Shown here piece after piece: positions 46,395 through 59,523 of a stretch of DNA of 64,000 nucleotides (the stretch's first letter is position 1; each line of letters starts with the position of its first letter). Origin of the DNA: the human T2T-CHM13v2.0 reference genome, Homo sapiens. The position numbers and the translations under genes are program-made. The notes below the pieces were generated by a model. The model did not search any database. It was not told where the DNA came from and saw nothing but the letters and a program-made list of their open reading frames with translations. The stretch lies in NCBI RefSeq assembly GCF_009914755.1, contig NC_060947.1; one strand, given 5' to 3'.

Positions 46395-46656
46395 AGAATA
46401 TATGAAACTTCAGTTAGAAGGAATAAGTTCAAGAGATCTATTGGAAAACAGGGTGACTATAGTTAATAACAGGGTATTGCGTTCTTGAAAGTTGTTAAGA
46501 GAGTAGATTTTAAATATTCTGGCAACAAAGAATAAGTTATATTTCATATAATAAAATATATATTCATAATAATACATATGTTAATTACCCCAATTGAACC
46601 ATTCCATAATGTATACATGTTTCAAAATATGTTGTATGCAATACAAACAAGTTTTA
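46395..46656 (+). mobile_element. L1MA 3' end fragment
   Basis: GGAATAAGTTCAAGAGATCTATTG..GGTGACTATAGTTAATAAC..AGAGAGTAGATTTTAA. Confidence 0.8.
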
Positions 46657-46725
46657 TTTGGTTGGTGCAAAAGCAATTGTGGTTTTTGCCATTAAAAGTA
46701 ATGGTAAATATTACTTTTTTGTAAT
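46657..46725. mobile_element. MADE1 (Hsmar1-derived MITE), right arm degraded
   Basis: GGTTGGTGCAAAAGCAATTGTGGTTTTTGCCATTAAAAGTAATGG. Confidence 0.8.
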
Positions 46726-47534
46726 AAAGTAGTATTTAATTAAAGGATAAATAATTAAAGGATAAATAGTTTTTTAGAATTTAAATAATCTGAAATTATG
46801 CCAGTGCTGAGAGAGATTAGGAAGACATGAGAAAGTCACCCAATTAAATAAGAAACCCACACTGAAATGTCTGCAAAATACAGCACTGTCAAGATGATTT
46901 TATCATGGAGAAAAATATTCCAAAATCCAGAAAGTAATTACCTATTCGGAGAAGATAGATGAAAATGGGGAAACATTAGGTTGAAACACATTTTTACAAG
47001 TCCCTATCATTGAAAATAAACTTTACTTCTCTGTAATACTTGTTCAATTCTATTGATTCAAGAGAAGGCCCAATTGATTTGGAAAATGAAATTTAAAAGG
47101 AATCCAGATAGTTTCATGAGTTTTTAACTGAACAGAATATTTGAAAACCCTTGCACTACAAAGAAATTTTAACAACATTGACGTGTATGCCTGATTTTAG
47201 CTTTGCTGTGGTTTTAGGGTGGTCCAATCTTAACAATTTTAAACAGGCCCAGAGATATTCATTATGTGATTATGAATCACTTCCAAGGGTAAATTTTAGA
47301 GTAGGATTTAGTCATATCTATAACAACACTGATGGAGCATGTGTCAAGTTAAAGGCAAAATATTAAGAATAAGGGACAGTTCTCAGCTGACTGGAGTGAG
47401 TCAAACGTCAACAGTATTTCAGATATCATGAACCATTTGCCCAGATAGTCCAGTATTCATTGAATAACATGTCACATGTGTAGGATCTCAATAGCTGAGC
47501 TGCCTGAGGACAATTTTTCTTTAGCTGGGTTCCC

Positions 47535-47710
47535 CACTGGAATCAACTGAAAGGAGTTGTTTTTAGAAATGCTATTGGTGGAGCACCATCCCCAGAGATT
47601 CTAATTCAATGCAGGCAGAGGGTGGAAGAGTTTGGGAAAGATGATGGCTCCATTTCTTAAAGCTTCCCCAGTTGATTTCAGTATGAATCTACAGCTAAAA
47701 CTACCATCGT
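47535..47710. mobile_element. MER5A-like fragment
   Basis: GGAATCAACTG..CATCCCCAGAGATTCTAATTCAAT..AAGCTTCCCCAGTTGATTTC. Confidence 0.55.
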
Positions 47711-48247
47711 GGGTCATAACTAGAACTGTATTTGATACTTGTGTCTTTTTCTATTTCAGTTTTTATGAGACTAGCAACACCCAGTTTATAAGGTAGAATC
47801 TGCAACTACTATACAATATACTTGAAAAACTTCTTTGAATATTGAAGTTTAACATCACAGCATATCTGGTACATTCTAAATGAGCATCTTCCCAGGGAAT
47901 TGACCCACAGTCATGGTCTTAAAATGTTTCGGTCACCCCCATTTTAAATTAATAAAAGGTGGCTGTGGAACTGCCCAAAAAACTGGTATTGGCTTTCAGC
48001 TAGAGATGTCAACTGGCTGGCTCTTGTTTCTTGTAAAGTGGCCAATATGTGGTTTGGAGCTCTGATTAGGGGAAATTCTGGTAATATTAAGAAAACATTC
48101 TCCTGCTATGTAACGGGCCAGGAATGTATACTCAAAATCCAAAAAATCATCTAATAAAATGTTTTAAAACAAGTACCAAGAGGAGAATCATCTCTTTGTT
48201 GCCTTCAGCTAGTTTAAGTGAATGTATACCATGTATACCAAGGTATT

Positions 48248-50471
48248 CAGGCATACCTTGGAGAGATTGCAGGTTCAGTTCCAGACCACAACAATACAGT
48301 GACTATTGCAATTAAAGCAAGTCACATGAATTTTTTGGTTTCTCGGTACATATAAAATTTATGTACCATAGCCTATTGTACAATAGCATTAGGTCTAAAT
48401 AACAATGTACACACCTTAATTAAAAATACTTTATTGCCTAAAATGCTGATTATCTGAGCCTTCAGCAAGTCATGTAATCTTTTTGCCGGAAAGATTTCTC
48501 TGTTGCTTAATATTATTTTACCCACAGTAGAACTTCTTTCACAATTGGAGTCAGTTCTCTCAAATTCTGCCTCTGCTTTATCAACTAAATTCATGTCATA
48601 TTCTAAATCCTTTATTGTTGTTTCAACAATGTTCACAGCATGTTCACCATCTGAAGAGATCACTTTCTTTGCTCATCCATAAGAAGCAACTCCTGTTTCA
48701 TTCAGGTTTGATATGAGATTGCAGCAATTCAGTCCCATCTTCAGGCTCCACTTCTAATTCTAGTTCTCTTGCTATTTCTGCCACATCTACTGTTACTTCC
48801 TCCACTGAAGCTTTGAACCCCCCAAAATCACCCATGAGGGTTGGAATCAATTTTTTCCAAACTTCTGTTGATGTTGGTAGGCTGACCTCCTCCCATGAAT
48901 CACAAATGTTCTTAATAGCATCTAGAATGGTAAATCTCTTCCAGAAGGTGTTCAATTTACTTTGACCAGATCCAACAGATGAATCACTGTCTATGGTAGC
49001 TATAGCCTTATAAGATATATTTCTTAAATAATATGAATTAAAAGCCAAAATTACTCCATAAGTAATTACTGCAGAATTGATGTTGTGTTAGTAGGCATGA
49101 AAACAACATAAATCTTGTACGTCTCCATCAGAGCTCTGGGGTTACCAAGTGAATTGTCAATGAGCAGAAGTATTTTGAAATAAATCTCTTTTTTTCTGAT
49201 TGGTGTGTCTCAACAGAGGGCTTAAAATATTCAGTAAACCATGCTGTAAACAGATGTACTGTTGTCCAGGCTTTGTTCTTCCATTTACAGAGCACAGGTA
49301 GAGTGGATTTAGCATAATTCTGAAGGACCCCAAGATTTTCAGAATGGTAAATGAGCATTGGCTTCAACTTAAAGTCACCAGCTGCCTATCAAGAGAGTCA
49401 GCCTGTCCTTTGAAACTTTGAAGCCACACATTGACTTCTCTGTAGCTGCAAAAGTCCTAGGTGCATCTTCTTCCAATAGAAGGCTGTTTCTCCTACACTG
49501 AAAATCTTTTGTTTAGTGTAGCCACCTTCATGAGTGATTTTAGCTAGGTCTTCTGGCTAATGTGCTGCAGCTTCTCATCAGCACCTGCTGCTGCACTTTG
49601 CACGTTTATGTTGTAGAGACAGCTTCTTTTTTTAAACCTCATGAACCCACATATTCTAGCTTCAAACTTTTCTTCTGCAGTTTCCTCACCTCTCTCAGCC
49701 TTCATGGAATTGGAGAAAATTAGAACTTTGCCCTGGACTAGGCTTGGTTTAAGGGAATGTTGTATGGGTTTGATCTTCTATCCTTACCTCTTGAACTATT
49801 TTCATTTCAGCAATAAGGCTGTTTCACTTTCTTATCATTCATGTGTTCACTGGAGTCACACTTTTAAATTCCTTCAATAACTTTTTATTTGCATTAACAA
49901 CTTGGATAACTGTGTTTCTCAAGAGGCCTAGCTTTTGGCCTATCTTGGCTTTCAATGTGCCTTAGTCACTAAGCTTAATCATGTCTAGCTTTTTTTTTAA
50001 AGTGAGAAACATGAGACTCTTCTTTTTCACTTGAACACTCAGAGGCCATTACAGGGTTATTAACTGGCCTGGCTTCAACATTGTTGTGTCTCAGGGAATA
50101 GGGAAGACTGAGGAGAAAGAGAGATAGGGTAACAGCTGGTAGGTGGATCAGTCAGAACACACACAACATTTATTGATTAAGTTTGCCATCATATATGAAC
50201 ATGGTTCATGGTGCCCCAAAACAATTATAATAGTAACATAAAAGATCATTTATCACAGATCACCATAGTAGATAGAATAATAATGAAAAAGTTTGAAATA
50301 TTGCAGGAATTACCTAAATATGACACAGAGACACAAAGTGAGCCCATGCTGTTGGAAAAATGGTACCTATAGACTTGCTGGATGCAGGGTTGCCACAATC
50401 CTTCAATATAGATAAAAGGCAGTGTCTGTGAAGCACAGTAAAGCAAAGCATAATAAGGTGAGGTACACTTA
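48248..50471 (-). mobile_element. Near-full-length Tigger1 DNA transposon with disrupted transposase
   Basis: Termini CAGGCATACC and GAGGTACACTTA; ATG at 50049-50047; ORF fragments [50 protein letters not shown]; frameshifts and stops. Confidence 0.95.
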
Positions 50472-50689
50472 TACACGGTGATGATTAAAGTACATTAACA
50501 TGCAGAAAAAGAGGGCAAGAAGCAAGTTATCAATTGAACAAAACAATAGATGTATAAAACACATCATTACAGAAACCTGGCAACTTGGTGGTACTAGTCC
50601 TTGTTTATGGACACACCCTTCATAATCAGCTCTATGTATGCATCCACACATTCATTTATTCAGCCATTCATTAATTCATGCATATATTT

Positions 50690-51148
50690 TTATTAGTTTT
50701 CCATTCCTGCTATAACAAATAACCATATACTTAGTGGCTTAAATCAACACAAATGTATTATCTTATTGTTCTACTGTTCTGAAGTTTGGAATGAATCTCA
50801 CTGGGCTAAATGCAGTTGTCAAAGCTGCATTCCTTCTGAAGGTTCTAAAGGAAAGTCTCTTTCCGTCCCTTTTTCAGCTTCTAGATGACAACTGCATTCC
50901 TTTGTTCCTGGCCCCTTCCTCTACCTTCAAAATGCACCACTGCAAACTAAGCTTCCTTCCTTATGTCACTTTTTCCCCCTAAACCTCCTCTCTCTCTCAT
51001 AGGGACCCATGGGATGATAGTTCCACCTCAAAATCCTTGACTTAAGACACCTTCAAAGTCCCTTTTGCCATGTAAGCTAATATAGTCACAATGTTGGGGG
51101 GATTCGAACAAGGACATATTTAGAGGGGGATTGTTTTGTCTATTGCAG
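50690..51148 (-). mobile_element. MLT1C-like MaLR LTR
   Basis: GCTATAACAAATAACC..TTAGTGGCTTAAA..CTGCATTCCTTCTGAAGG..AAAGTCCCTTTTGCCATGTAA. Confidence 0.8.
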
Positions 51149-51299
51149 TATTCTAAAGGTACTTATTAAGCTTTACTGATTAACTTTTGAACTCAAAATA
51201 ATATATGTTTACATTTGAAAAATTTTTTGATTGTCCACTAAGGTGAATTTTAGCACCCTTATGATTTTGCCAGATCTTATCTCACCTTCAACCTCTTCA

Positions 51300-52240
51300 C
51301 CATATATATATTTATATTGAATGTGTTCATTACATTAACATATTTAATAGAATTATAGTATTATATATTTTATATATATAATTATATTGTATACATTATA
51401 TGCTTATATATTATAATTAATATATAATATAAAATATTAATTATATATATTAATTACATGTGATTATGATATAATATAATATATAATATTATACATGATA
51501 TATATTGTAATATATATTGCTTCATAGATAGTATAACAATATTTGTCATATTTTATATATGATATATATTGTGTATATTATATATGTCATATATTATATA
51601 CATTATATGATTATATAATATACAGTATATAATTTGTATATTATATATTATAGAACAATATAATATACAATATATAATCATATATAACATGATAAATATA
51701 TATTATATGATATATAATTATGTTACATTATAGTATATATTATGCATTTCATTATATATAATTATGATATATAACATAATATATCAGATGTAATATAATG
51801 TATGATAAATATTATATGCTTCCTTCCTCACATCACTTTTTCCCTTTGATCTTTTCTCCCTTGAATATATGATAAATATTATCTATCATATTTCATAATT
51901 ATATATAATGAATATATATGTAAATATTATATATAATCTGTCACACATATAAATAATATAATCCATATTAATATAATATATAATAATCCTATATAATATA
52001 TTCATGATATCAATTATTATATAATCATACCATAGCTATGCATTACAATAATTATATATAAACATATGTAATCATATATGTTATGTATTTTATTATATAA
52101 CATATAGTCAGTTTTAATATATAATATACAATTGTGTAATAGATAATATACAATATATAATATATGATTGTAACAGATAATATATCTATTATCTATTATA
52201 TAGATATGTATTATATAATTATGTATCATATATATTGCAT
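51300..52240. repeat. About 940-bp degenerate AT-rich (TA)n low-complexity tract
   Basis: Direct reading; interrupted by a pyrimidine island at 51818-51863. Confidence 0.92.
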
Positions 52241-53740
52241 TGTTTATGAAACTTAAATTTGTTTCTGGAAATATCATTAAATCTTTTTCTATGACTTGAT
52301 TCTGAAATGTGGAAAAGCAGAAGGAAAAGAGCACCGTTCCTCAGAGCATGGCCTGACTTAGCTGGGACCCCGGCCCCTTGCCCTGCTGAGTGCCTCCCAC
52401 CATCATGTATTTCATTCATCCTAAAAATGTCGTATTTACTGATGTGAAAAAAACAATTAGAACATTTTATTGACTCTAAAGTTGTGGGTTTTTTCTTCTG
52501 ATTTTAAATAAATCCACGCATTTTCACGGGCCCCTGAGCGTCCTGCAGGCTTCAAACACTGTGCCGACCATCAGCTCTGCCATTCATACCACCATAGCTA
52601 CAGAGACCTACAAAGCTTCATGCTTCAGAGTACATCCTCCATGGTTCTAATGCAGCATGCCCAGAAAGAGAGCCTTATCAGAGTTAAAGTCCCCCTGGTG
52701 GCTTTCTAGTCTCCTTCAGTTATCATGCCACTGTTTAGGTCACTTCGTATTTCCCAAATGTTGGATTAAAGGTATCCTTTATTTTGGGACAACAAAACTT
52801 GTCCGCTTACCAGTTTTCTCTAGATTGTTGTATGGCTTTTAGGGAGAAAAGCCCTCTGTTTTTGTCTCTTTGTTTTATTTTGTTTTCTTTGCAGGCATGA
52901 ACAAGGCAGGTAGAGAAGCTAAACTGGAAATCTAATAATCACCCAGCTCCTTTCACCCACCCACTGTCCTTCTTTCTCTCGTGGTGTTAGTCTGAGTGAT
53001 GACTGGATAATGGACACACATCCTGGAAGGTGGTTTGCATTGTTCAGTTTCTTACATTAATATCCCTTCCAGAAACTTATTAAAATCTGTTGTTGAGAGT
53101 TGACCTTCTACATTTCCTTACCATGACAGTTCCTTTCTATTTATTTAATTTTTTAAATGGGCATCTGGAAGGGAGGAAAGGTTTATTTTTTTAATCTACA
53201 ATATTAAACCAGACAATAAATAATTGTTTAAAGAATTAAAATAATTATTTAATTTGAATAATTGTAAATCATTTAACTTAAATGTGTTGTGATTCCATCA
53301 GCATATTTGCATATATGTAACAGAGTTTGGTGATTCAAATCTAAGATGCAGAGAACACAATTTGCACAATAACCCCATATTTCACTGAATTTTGTTTATT
53401 CTTCTGTAAAATGAAGAGATTGGATAAATGATTAGTAATGTTTCTTCTATTATAGTATTTGGTATCCTCCCACTCTACTATATTATAATACAAGGAAACA
53501 GTTTAAACATTCAATAAAATACATGTCATTTTTATAATTTTATTCACAAATAATAAAGTATAATTAGCCCATTCCTATGAAATTTTTCCATTTTTACATA
53601 CCATTTTTACTAGTTACTTATATTATGACTTTATTTTGTTGAAAATAAGTTTAAAAATAAAAGATATAAAATGCTTCTGAAAGGACAGAGTAAATATTTT
53701 TATAGACATTAAGAAAAATATTTTGATTTTATGAATGTGA

Positions 53741-54130
<390 letters not shown>

Positions 54131-54553
54131 TAAATGCCAATTGTTTTTACTGTCTTCTGTAATTATCTACACGGAAGGTTAGATCCTGCCTAATAAATTC
54201 AAGACCATGGAATTATATAATATCTCTTTTTAAGCAGAAGCAAAGAAAGCCCTTTCCAAACAAAGATTCTTACAGTTTGGAGTTTGAATTCACTCTATGT
54301 TCATCAACTTTGTTTCACATCTGACCCCTACTGTTTGCCTAAACTGGATTGGAAATTAAAGAGCAAAGGATGCCTGTGGCAATGAACAACACATTTTTGG
54401 AAGTTTGAGAATAACAGCAGAGAAAATGTCAGCCAGTCATTTTGACTTAGAGGTCATTAAATTAGTCTTAGGATTGCTAAAAGAAATAGGCTTAATATGT
54501 AAAATAAGAAGAAAGACTTAATTATGAAATATGTGCAACATAAAAATAAGATA

Positions 54554-54978
54554 CAGTTAACCCTTGAACAACATGAGAATTAGAGGTACCAACTCTCCAC
54601 ATAGTCAAAAATCTGCATGTAACTTTTGACTCCCCAAAGAATTAACTACTAATAGCCTGTTGTTAACTTGAAGCCTTATGAATACCATAGTCAATGTTTT
54701 GTATGTTATATGTATTATATACTTATTTTTTCAATAAAATAAGGTAGAGAAAAAATATCATTAAGAAAATTATAAGGAAGAGAACATGTATTTACTATTC
54801 ATTCAGTGGAAGTGGATCATCAGAAAGGTCTTCATCCTCATCATCTTCCTGTTGAGGCTGAGGAGGAGGAGGAAGAGCAGGGCTTGGTCTTGCTGTCTCA
54901 GGGGTAGCAGAGGCAGAAGAAAATCCATGTATGAGTGGACCTGTGAAGTTCAAACTTGTGTTGTTCAAGGGTGGACTG
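54554..54978. mobile_element. Tigger2a (MER28)
   Basis: TA-flanked TIRs CAGTTAACCCTTGAACAACA / TGTTGTTCAAGGGTGGACTG; 425 bp. Confidence 0.88.
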
Positions 54979-55239
54979 TATTTTATATTTTGTGTCTTCC
55001 CACTAACAGGAAGTATCCATATTTAGTATTTGATATTTCTATACCACATGGGTCCAATCTTCCTTTATTCTTTTCTCCTTTCTTCTAAAAATGAGCAAAT
55101 GAACAAACAACAACCATAACAACAACAACTCAGATCATCTTGTGCGTTTTTTTGTTATCTAGCATGTTTTTACTTAAATGTACATGGTTTATGTATTTTG
55201 AGGAACATATGTATCATTAGCTATTCTTTACTGCTTGAA

Positions 55240-55960
55240 CAAATTCATCATTTTTGGAAATCCACAAAGCATAAAACATTGAAACAAGTGCTTTAAGGAA
55301 TACAATGATGAATATAAATCAGATGTAATCTTGTAGAAGCTCATAAGGGCTACAAAAGATGTGTTTTACTAGCTCAATCAGGAGACACAGACTTCCAAGG
55401 GCCATATCCTTGCACCATTGAAATTTAAAGTAGAAAAAGACACTCATACCGTGCAAGAGGGCCTCAGATGGTCGGTAACATCTAACTAAGCTGTGAAGAT
55501 TGACTCACATCTTGGCATGTATACCAGAAACATACCCGTGCAGAGGCACAGGTGAGAACATGCTGTAAAAAGGGCAAATGCAATCAGTTTGACGGAAAAA
55601 ACAGTGTGTGATGTCAAGAGAAGGGAAGTAACGCTAGAGGGAGAGACTGGAGAAAGCCTTAGAGAACTTGAATTCCAACAGGAAGGTTTTTACTTCATGA
55701 AGTAGATACTGGTGAGTCATTTGTAGCTTTTGGTTAGCAGAATAACATGGTCTCAGCTGTGTTTTTGGGGGATGAATCTAGCCGTACAGTGGAAGAAAGA
55801 GCTCAAAGAATATGTGGAAGGGTGGGGAGGTTGGAGATCAGGAGAAGGAGATGAGGACTCTTAAACAGAAGTTCAAATGAAAGTCACTAGGCTGAAAATA
55901 GGAGAGGGGTGGATTTCAAAAGTATTTAGCGGGCAGAAGCAGTTTGACTTGCTACCCTGA
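55240..55960 (-). mobile_element. Degraded L2
   Basis: GTGCAGAGGCACAGG..GGAAGGTTTTTACTTCATG..GCAGAATAACATGGTCTCAGCTGTGTTTT resembles antisense L2. Confidence 0.5.
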
Positions 55961-56050
55961 GAGAAAGTATAGTGAATCAGTCCCTAAATGGACATTTATA
56001 GCCCCAAATAATCTCAAAATAGCAGATCCTAAGTTGTCGTAGAAGGCATC

Positions 56051-57097
56051 AGTATTACTTTTCTATTTCTGTGTAACAAATTAGCATACACGTGAAGACT
56101 TAAAACACTTCTGTAGGACAGAAATCCAGTAAGACATTGCTGAATTCTCTGCTTAAGGTCTCATGTGGCCAAAGTCAGGATGACAGACAACCAGGCTCTT
56201 TTCAGGACTCTGGAGAAGAATCTGTGGTTGGAAGATTTTAGTTTCTTGCAATTGTAGGGTGGAGGTCTTTGTTTTATTGCTGTTTGACCAGGGGCCAGTC
56301 TCAGATCTCTCATTTGTCCTTGCTTACCACCTCTCTATCTCCAAAGCCATCAAGGATGCATGGACTCCTTCTCCTGCTTCTAATATTTCTGACTTCCCCT
56401 TCTCTTATCAGCCAGAGAAAACATCGTGTTTTTAAAGGTCTCGTGCAACAGGTTTAGACCCACTAGGATAATCTTCCTTTTTACTAACTCAAAATCAAAT
56501 GAATGGTAACCTTATTTACATCTTCAGATTAACCCTTTTGCCCTGGAAAGTGTATTAGTCAGGGTTCTTTAGAGGGGCAGAACTAATAGGATAGATGTAT
56601 ATATAAAGGGGAATTTATTAAGGAGTATTGACTCACAGATCACAAGGTGAGGCCCCTCAGTAGGCCGTCTGCAAGCTGAGGATCAAGGAAGCCAGTCCGG
56701 GTCCCAAAGCTGAAGAACTTGGAGTCTGATGTTCAAGGGCAGGAAGCATCCCACACAGGAGAAAGATGTAGGCCAGAAGACTAAACCAGTCTAGTATTTC
56801 CACGTTCTTCTGCCTGCTTTTATTCTGGCCGTGCTGGCAGCTGATTAGTTGGTGCCCACCCAGATTGAGGGTGGATCTGCCTTTCCCAGTCCACCGACTC
56901 AAATGTTAATCTCCTTTCGCAACATCCTCACAGACACACCCAGGAACAATACTTTGCATCCTTCAGTCCAATCAAGTTGACACTCAATATTCACCATCAC
57001 AGGAGGAAATAAGTACGGTGTGAAATCTTATATTCATATTTCCGAACATCAGGGCAAGGAATTGTGGGGTTGGACTTTCCAGATTCTGCTTATCACA
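56051..57097 (-). mobile_element. MLT1E-like LTR split by an MLT2A insertion
   Basis: TGTGTAACAAATTA..CAGCCAGAGAAAAC..GGATAATCT..; resumes after 57001 and ends ATTCTGCTTATCACA. Confidence 0.65.
56551..57001 (-). mobile_element. MLT2A (A2-like) HERV-L solo LTR
   Basis: TGTATTAGTCAGGGTTC...CAAGTTGACACTCAATATTCACCATCACA. Confidence 0.9.
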
Positions 57098-58415
57098 GCA
57101 TCTCTTAAGGAATTACTCTAATTCAGGAGTAACCTAACATTTCTGACACTTCCTCCTTCACATCATCTACTCAGTTGGTAGTTGGTTGCCTTTTACATTT
57201 TAATTCAAGAAACAAAGGCAAAGAAAATGCACAGGTGAGGAGATAAATAAAAGGGATGCGGTGACGGCAAATCAGTGTCTTAAAATAATTCTGTCTTTGA
57301 AAAATGTGGGATAAGCACATATGCTGTGAGGTGGTGCAGAGTGGAGATTGTTTGGGGCTTGGAAGATATTCAAATATGAAGGAATCTGTCAGCACTCAAG
57401 TCATGCCAACAAAAACTTCAGACCACATCAGCAACGCGTGTGTGTGAATTTAGTGGCAATAACATGATAAAAATAGAGAATTATAAATGCGGTAGCAGAT
57501 TTTAAAATTGGCTAGATCTACAACTTGAGAGTTACGGAGTTTGCTTTATGGCTACAAGATGAAAAAGACAGTCATTTCAAATTTACAAAAGTAGCAAGGG
57601 TAAAACTGTAACTCTTTTTTGGTTATCATTGAATCCTCCCTCTCCTTGAGCTCGATTAAAATCCATAGACTTCCTACTTCCATCTGCCTGGGTTTGTGCT
57701 GATTGTGCTGCAGAATCATTGCATTTCATTGAATCCTCATTTTGTCACTTTTACTTTCTTGCTGCTTACATTAAGAAAAATTGTTGAACTGAATTCTATG
57801 ATGGAGAATCAACTTGACTCCATATTTAGAAAAGCAAAAGGAATTGGAGAGTCAAAACTGGAATTCATATTGAATGGAAATGGAATTTCTAGTGGGATTT
57901 GTTCCATGCCACTATTGTTGTTTCTTTAATAGTATAACACCACATTGCAAAGGTGAGGCATGATGTTAGAGCCAACACCGTAAAGATGCTATCTGGCAAG
58001 CAGCTTACAGGACAGTCAAGTGGGACTCCCCAATGACGTGGGTGAAATCAGAAAGCAGATATTCCTTGTTTATAATTCACTCTTATTCTCTCTCTGCTTC
58101 TCTTTCTCACTTCCTCTCCCTCCATGTTCTGCTATTGCAGGACTACATTTTATCATTTAATTGTTTATATTTTCTTGTAATTTTCAAAAAACCTCACAGA
58201 AGCTTCAGTTCTTTTCTTTGTTACAGAGTTATATGAAATATCCTATAGTTCTTCTTTTGAACAGCGTGGCTAGCTTTAGTCTCAATATATTTCTTCTGGG
58301 GCCCTGAATTTCATAGCAAGCTACGGCTTACGTGACTACTGGTTATAATAATTTCAACTGTGATGCAACAATACAACTACCTGGTTTCAAATCAGCCCAA
58401 AACGTTATAAAATTT

Positions 58416-58521
58416 CAGGTATGCTATTAATAATATCATATTAATAATTATATTAATTATTATGATATTAATAATAATTAATATGATAATAATTATTAAT
58501 ATGATATTAATAATATGCCTG
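58416..58521. repeat. AT-rich inverted repeat
   Basis: Perfect 21-bp arms at 58431-58451 and 58489-58509. Confidence 0.85.
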
Positions 58522-59523
58522 TTCATCATGACAGTACCATTATTTACGCACTTAAACTTAATTTACTAGAAAATAAAAATCTTTCAAGACAGAGAGAGTT
58601 ATGTTAACCCAAGACACTTCTTAGATGTGTGAATTTTTCCTTATGGGAAAATAAACCTTGCAGATATAGACAATGGAGTTAGGAAATTTTTTAAATAAAA
58701 TATAGCTTTATGTTCCACACTTTTTAATATGAGAATATGGTACAATTGACAGAATTATGACACTTTAAAATTAAGTAACATTGTTTTTTCTCATCTTAAA
58801 TTACCTTTTATGCATTAAATATTTTATTGAATGGGTCCAGAAGAAAATTATTTAAATATAAATACTTTCCCTATAATCCCTAAGTAATTCATAGATGATG
58901 GCATAAAAGTGATATTTTTAGATACTATAAACATTCTACTACACAGTATTTCTTAGTTATCATGAATTTGGTTTTAGAATAAAATTCCAGCATCAAAGTT
59001 GAAATAATTTCCATGCTTTCTTCCACATTTTCTTCTTGGCCCAAGGGAAAATGACATTGAAGTACAGTTTTGTACTTGTGCGAATGGGGAAGATGTGTGC
59101 AAGGGTATTTGCCTACATTTTTTCAAAGTAAATTTTAAGACCACAAATGTAGCCTCCAGCTAGTGGCCGTGTCAGTTTTCTAGAACTAAAGCACAGATAA
59201 ATTGTGAAATCGAGAAGGATTTCTTCATGCCCAGAGATGGGCTGGCTCAACAGCTTGGGAATGCCCTGGAATCCATGCTTAGATGCCTGTGGTCGGTTGA
59301 CGGAACATGAAAGTGAGAACGGAGAAGGGAAAATTGCAGACCATAGAACAACCAGTGTGGGATGACCAATTAAAAGTTAACATTTTGTCTGAGAAGTGAT
59401 TTTACCACAGAGAAAAATGGAATCTCTTTTGTCTCCACACTCCACAGAACATCAAAGGGCTATGCACCATTCTCCAATTCCAGAGACAATTTTTTTTTAT
59501 TCAAATGACATGACATTTGTCTT

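Noticed and set aside
59150-59170. CTCF-like word (minus strand GGCCACTAGCTGGAGG)
   Set aside because: Two mismatches at informative core positions; cannot be supported without ChIP data
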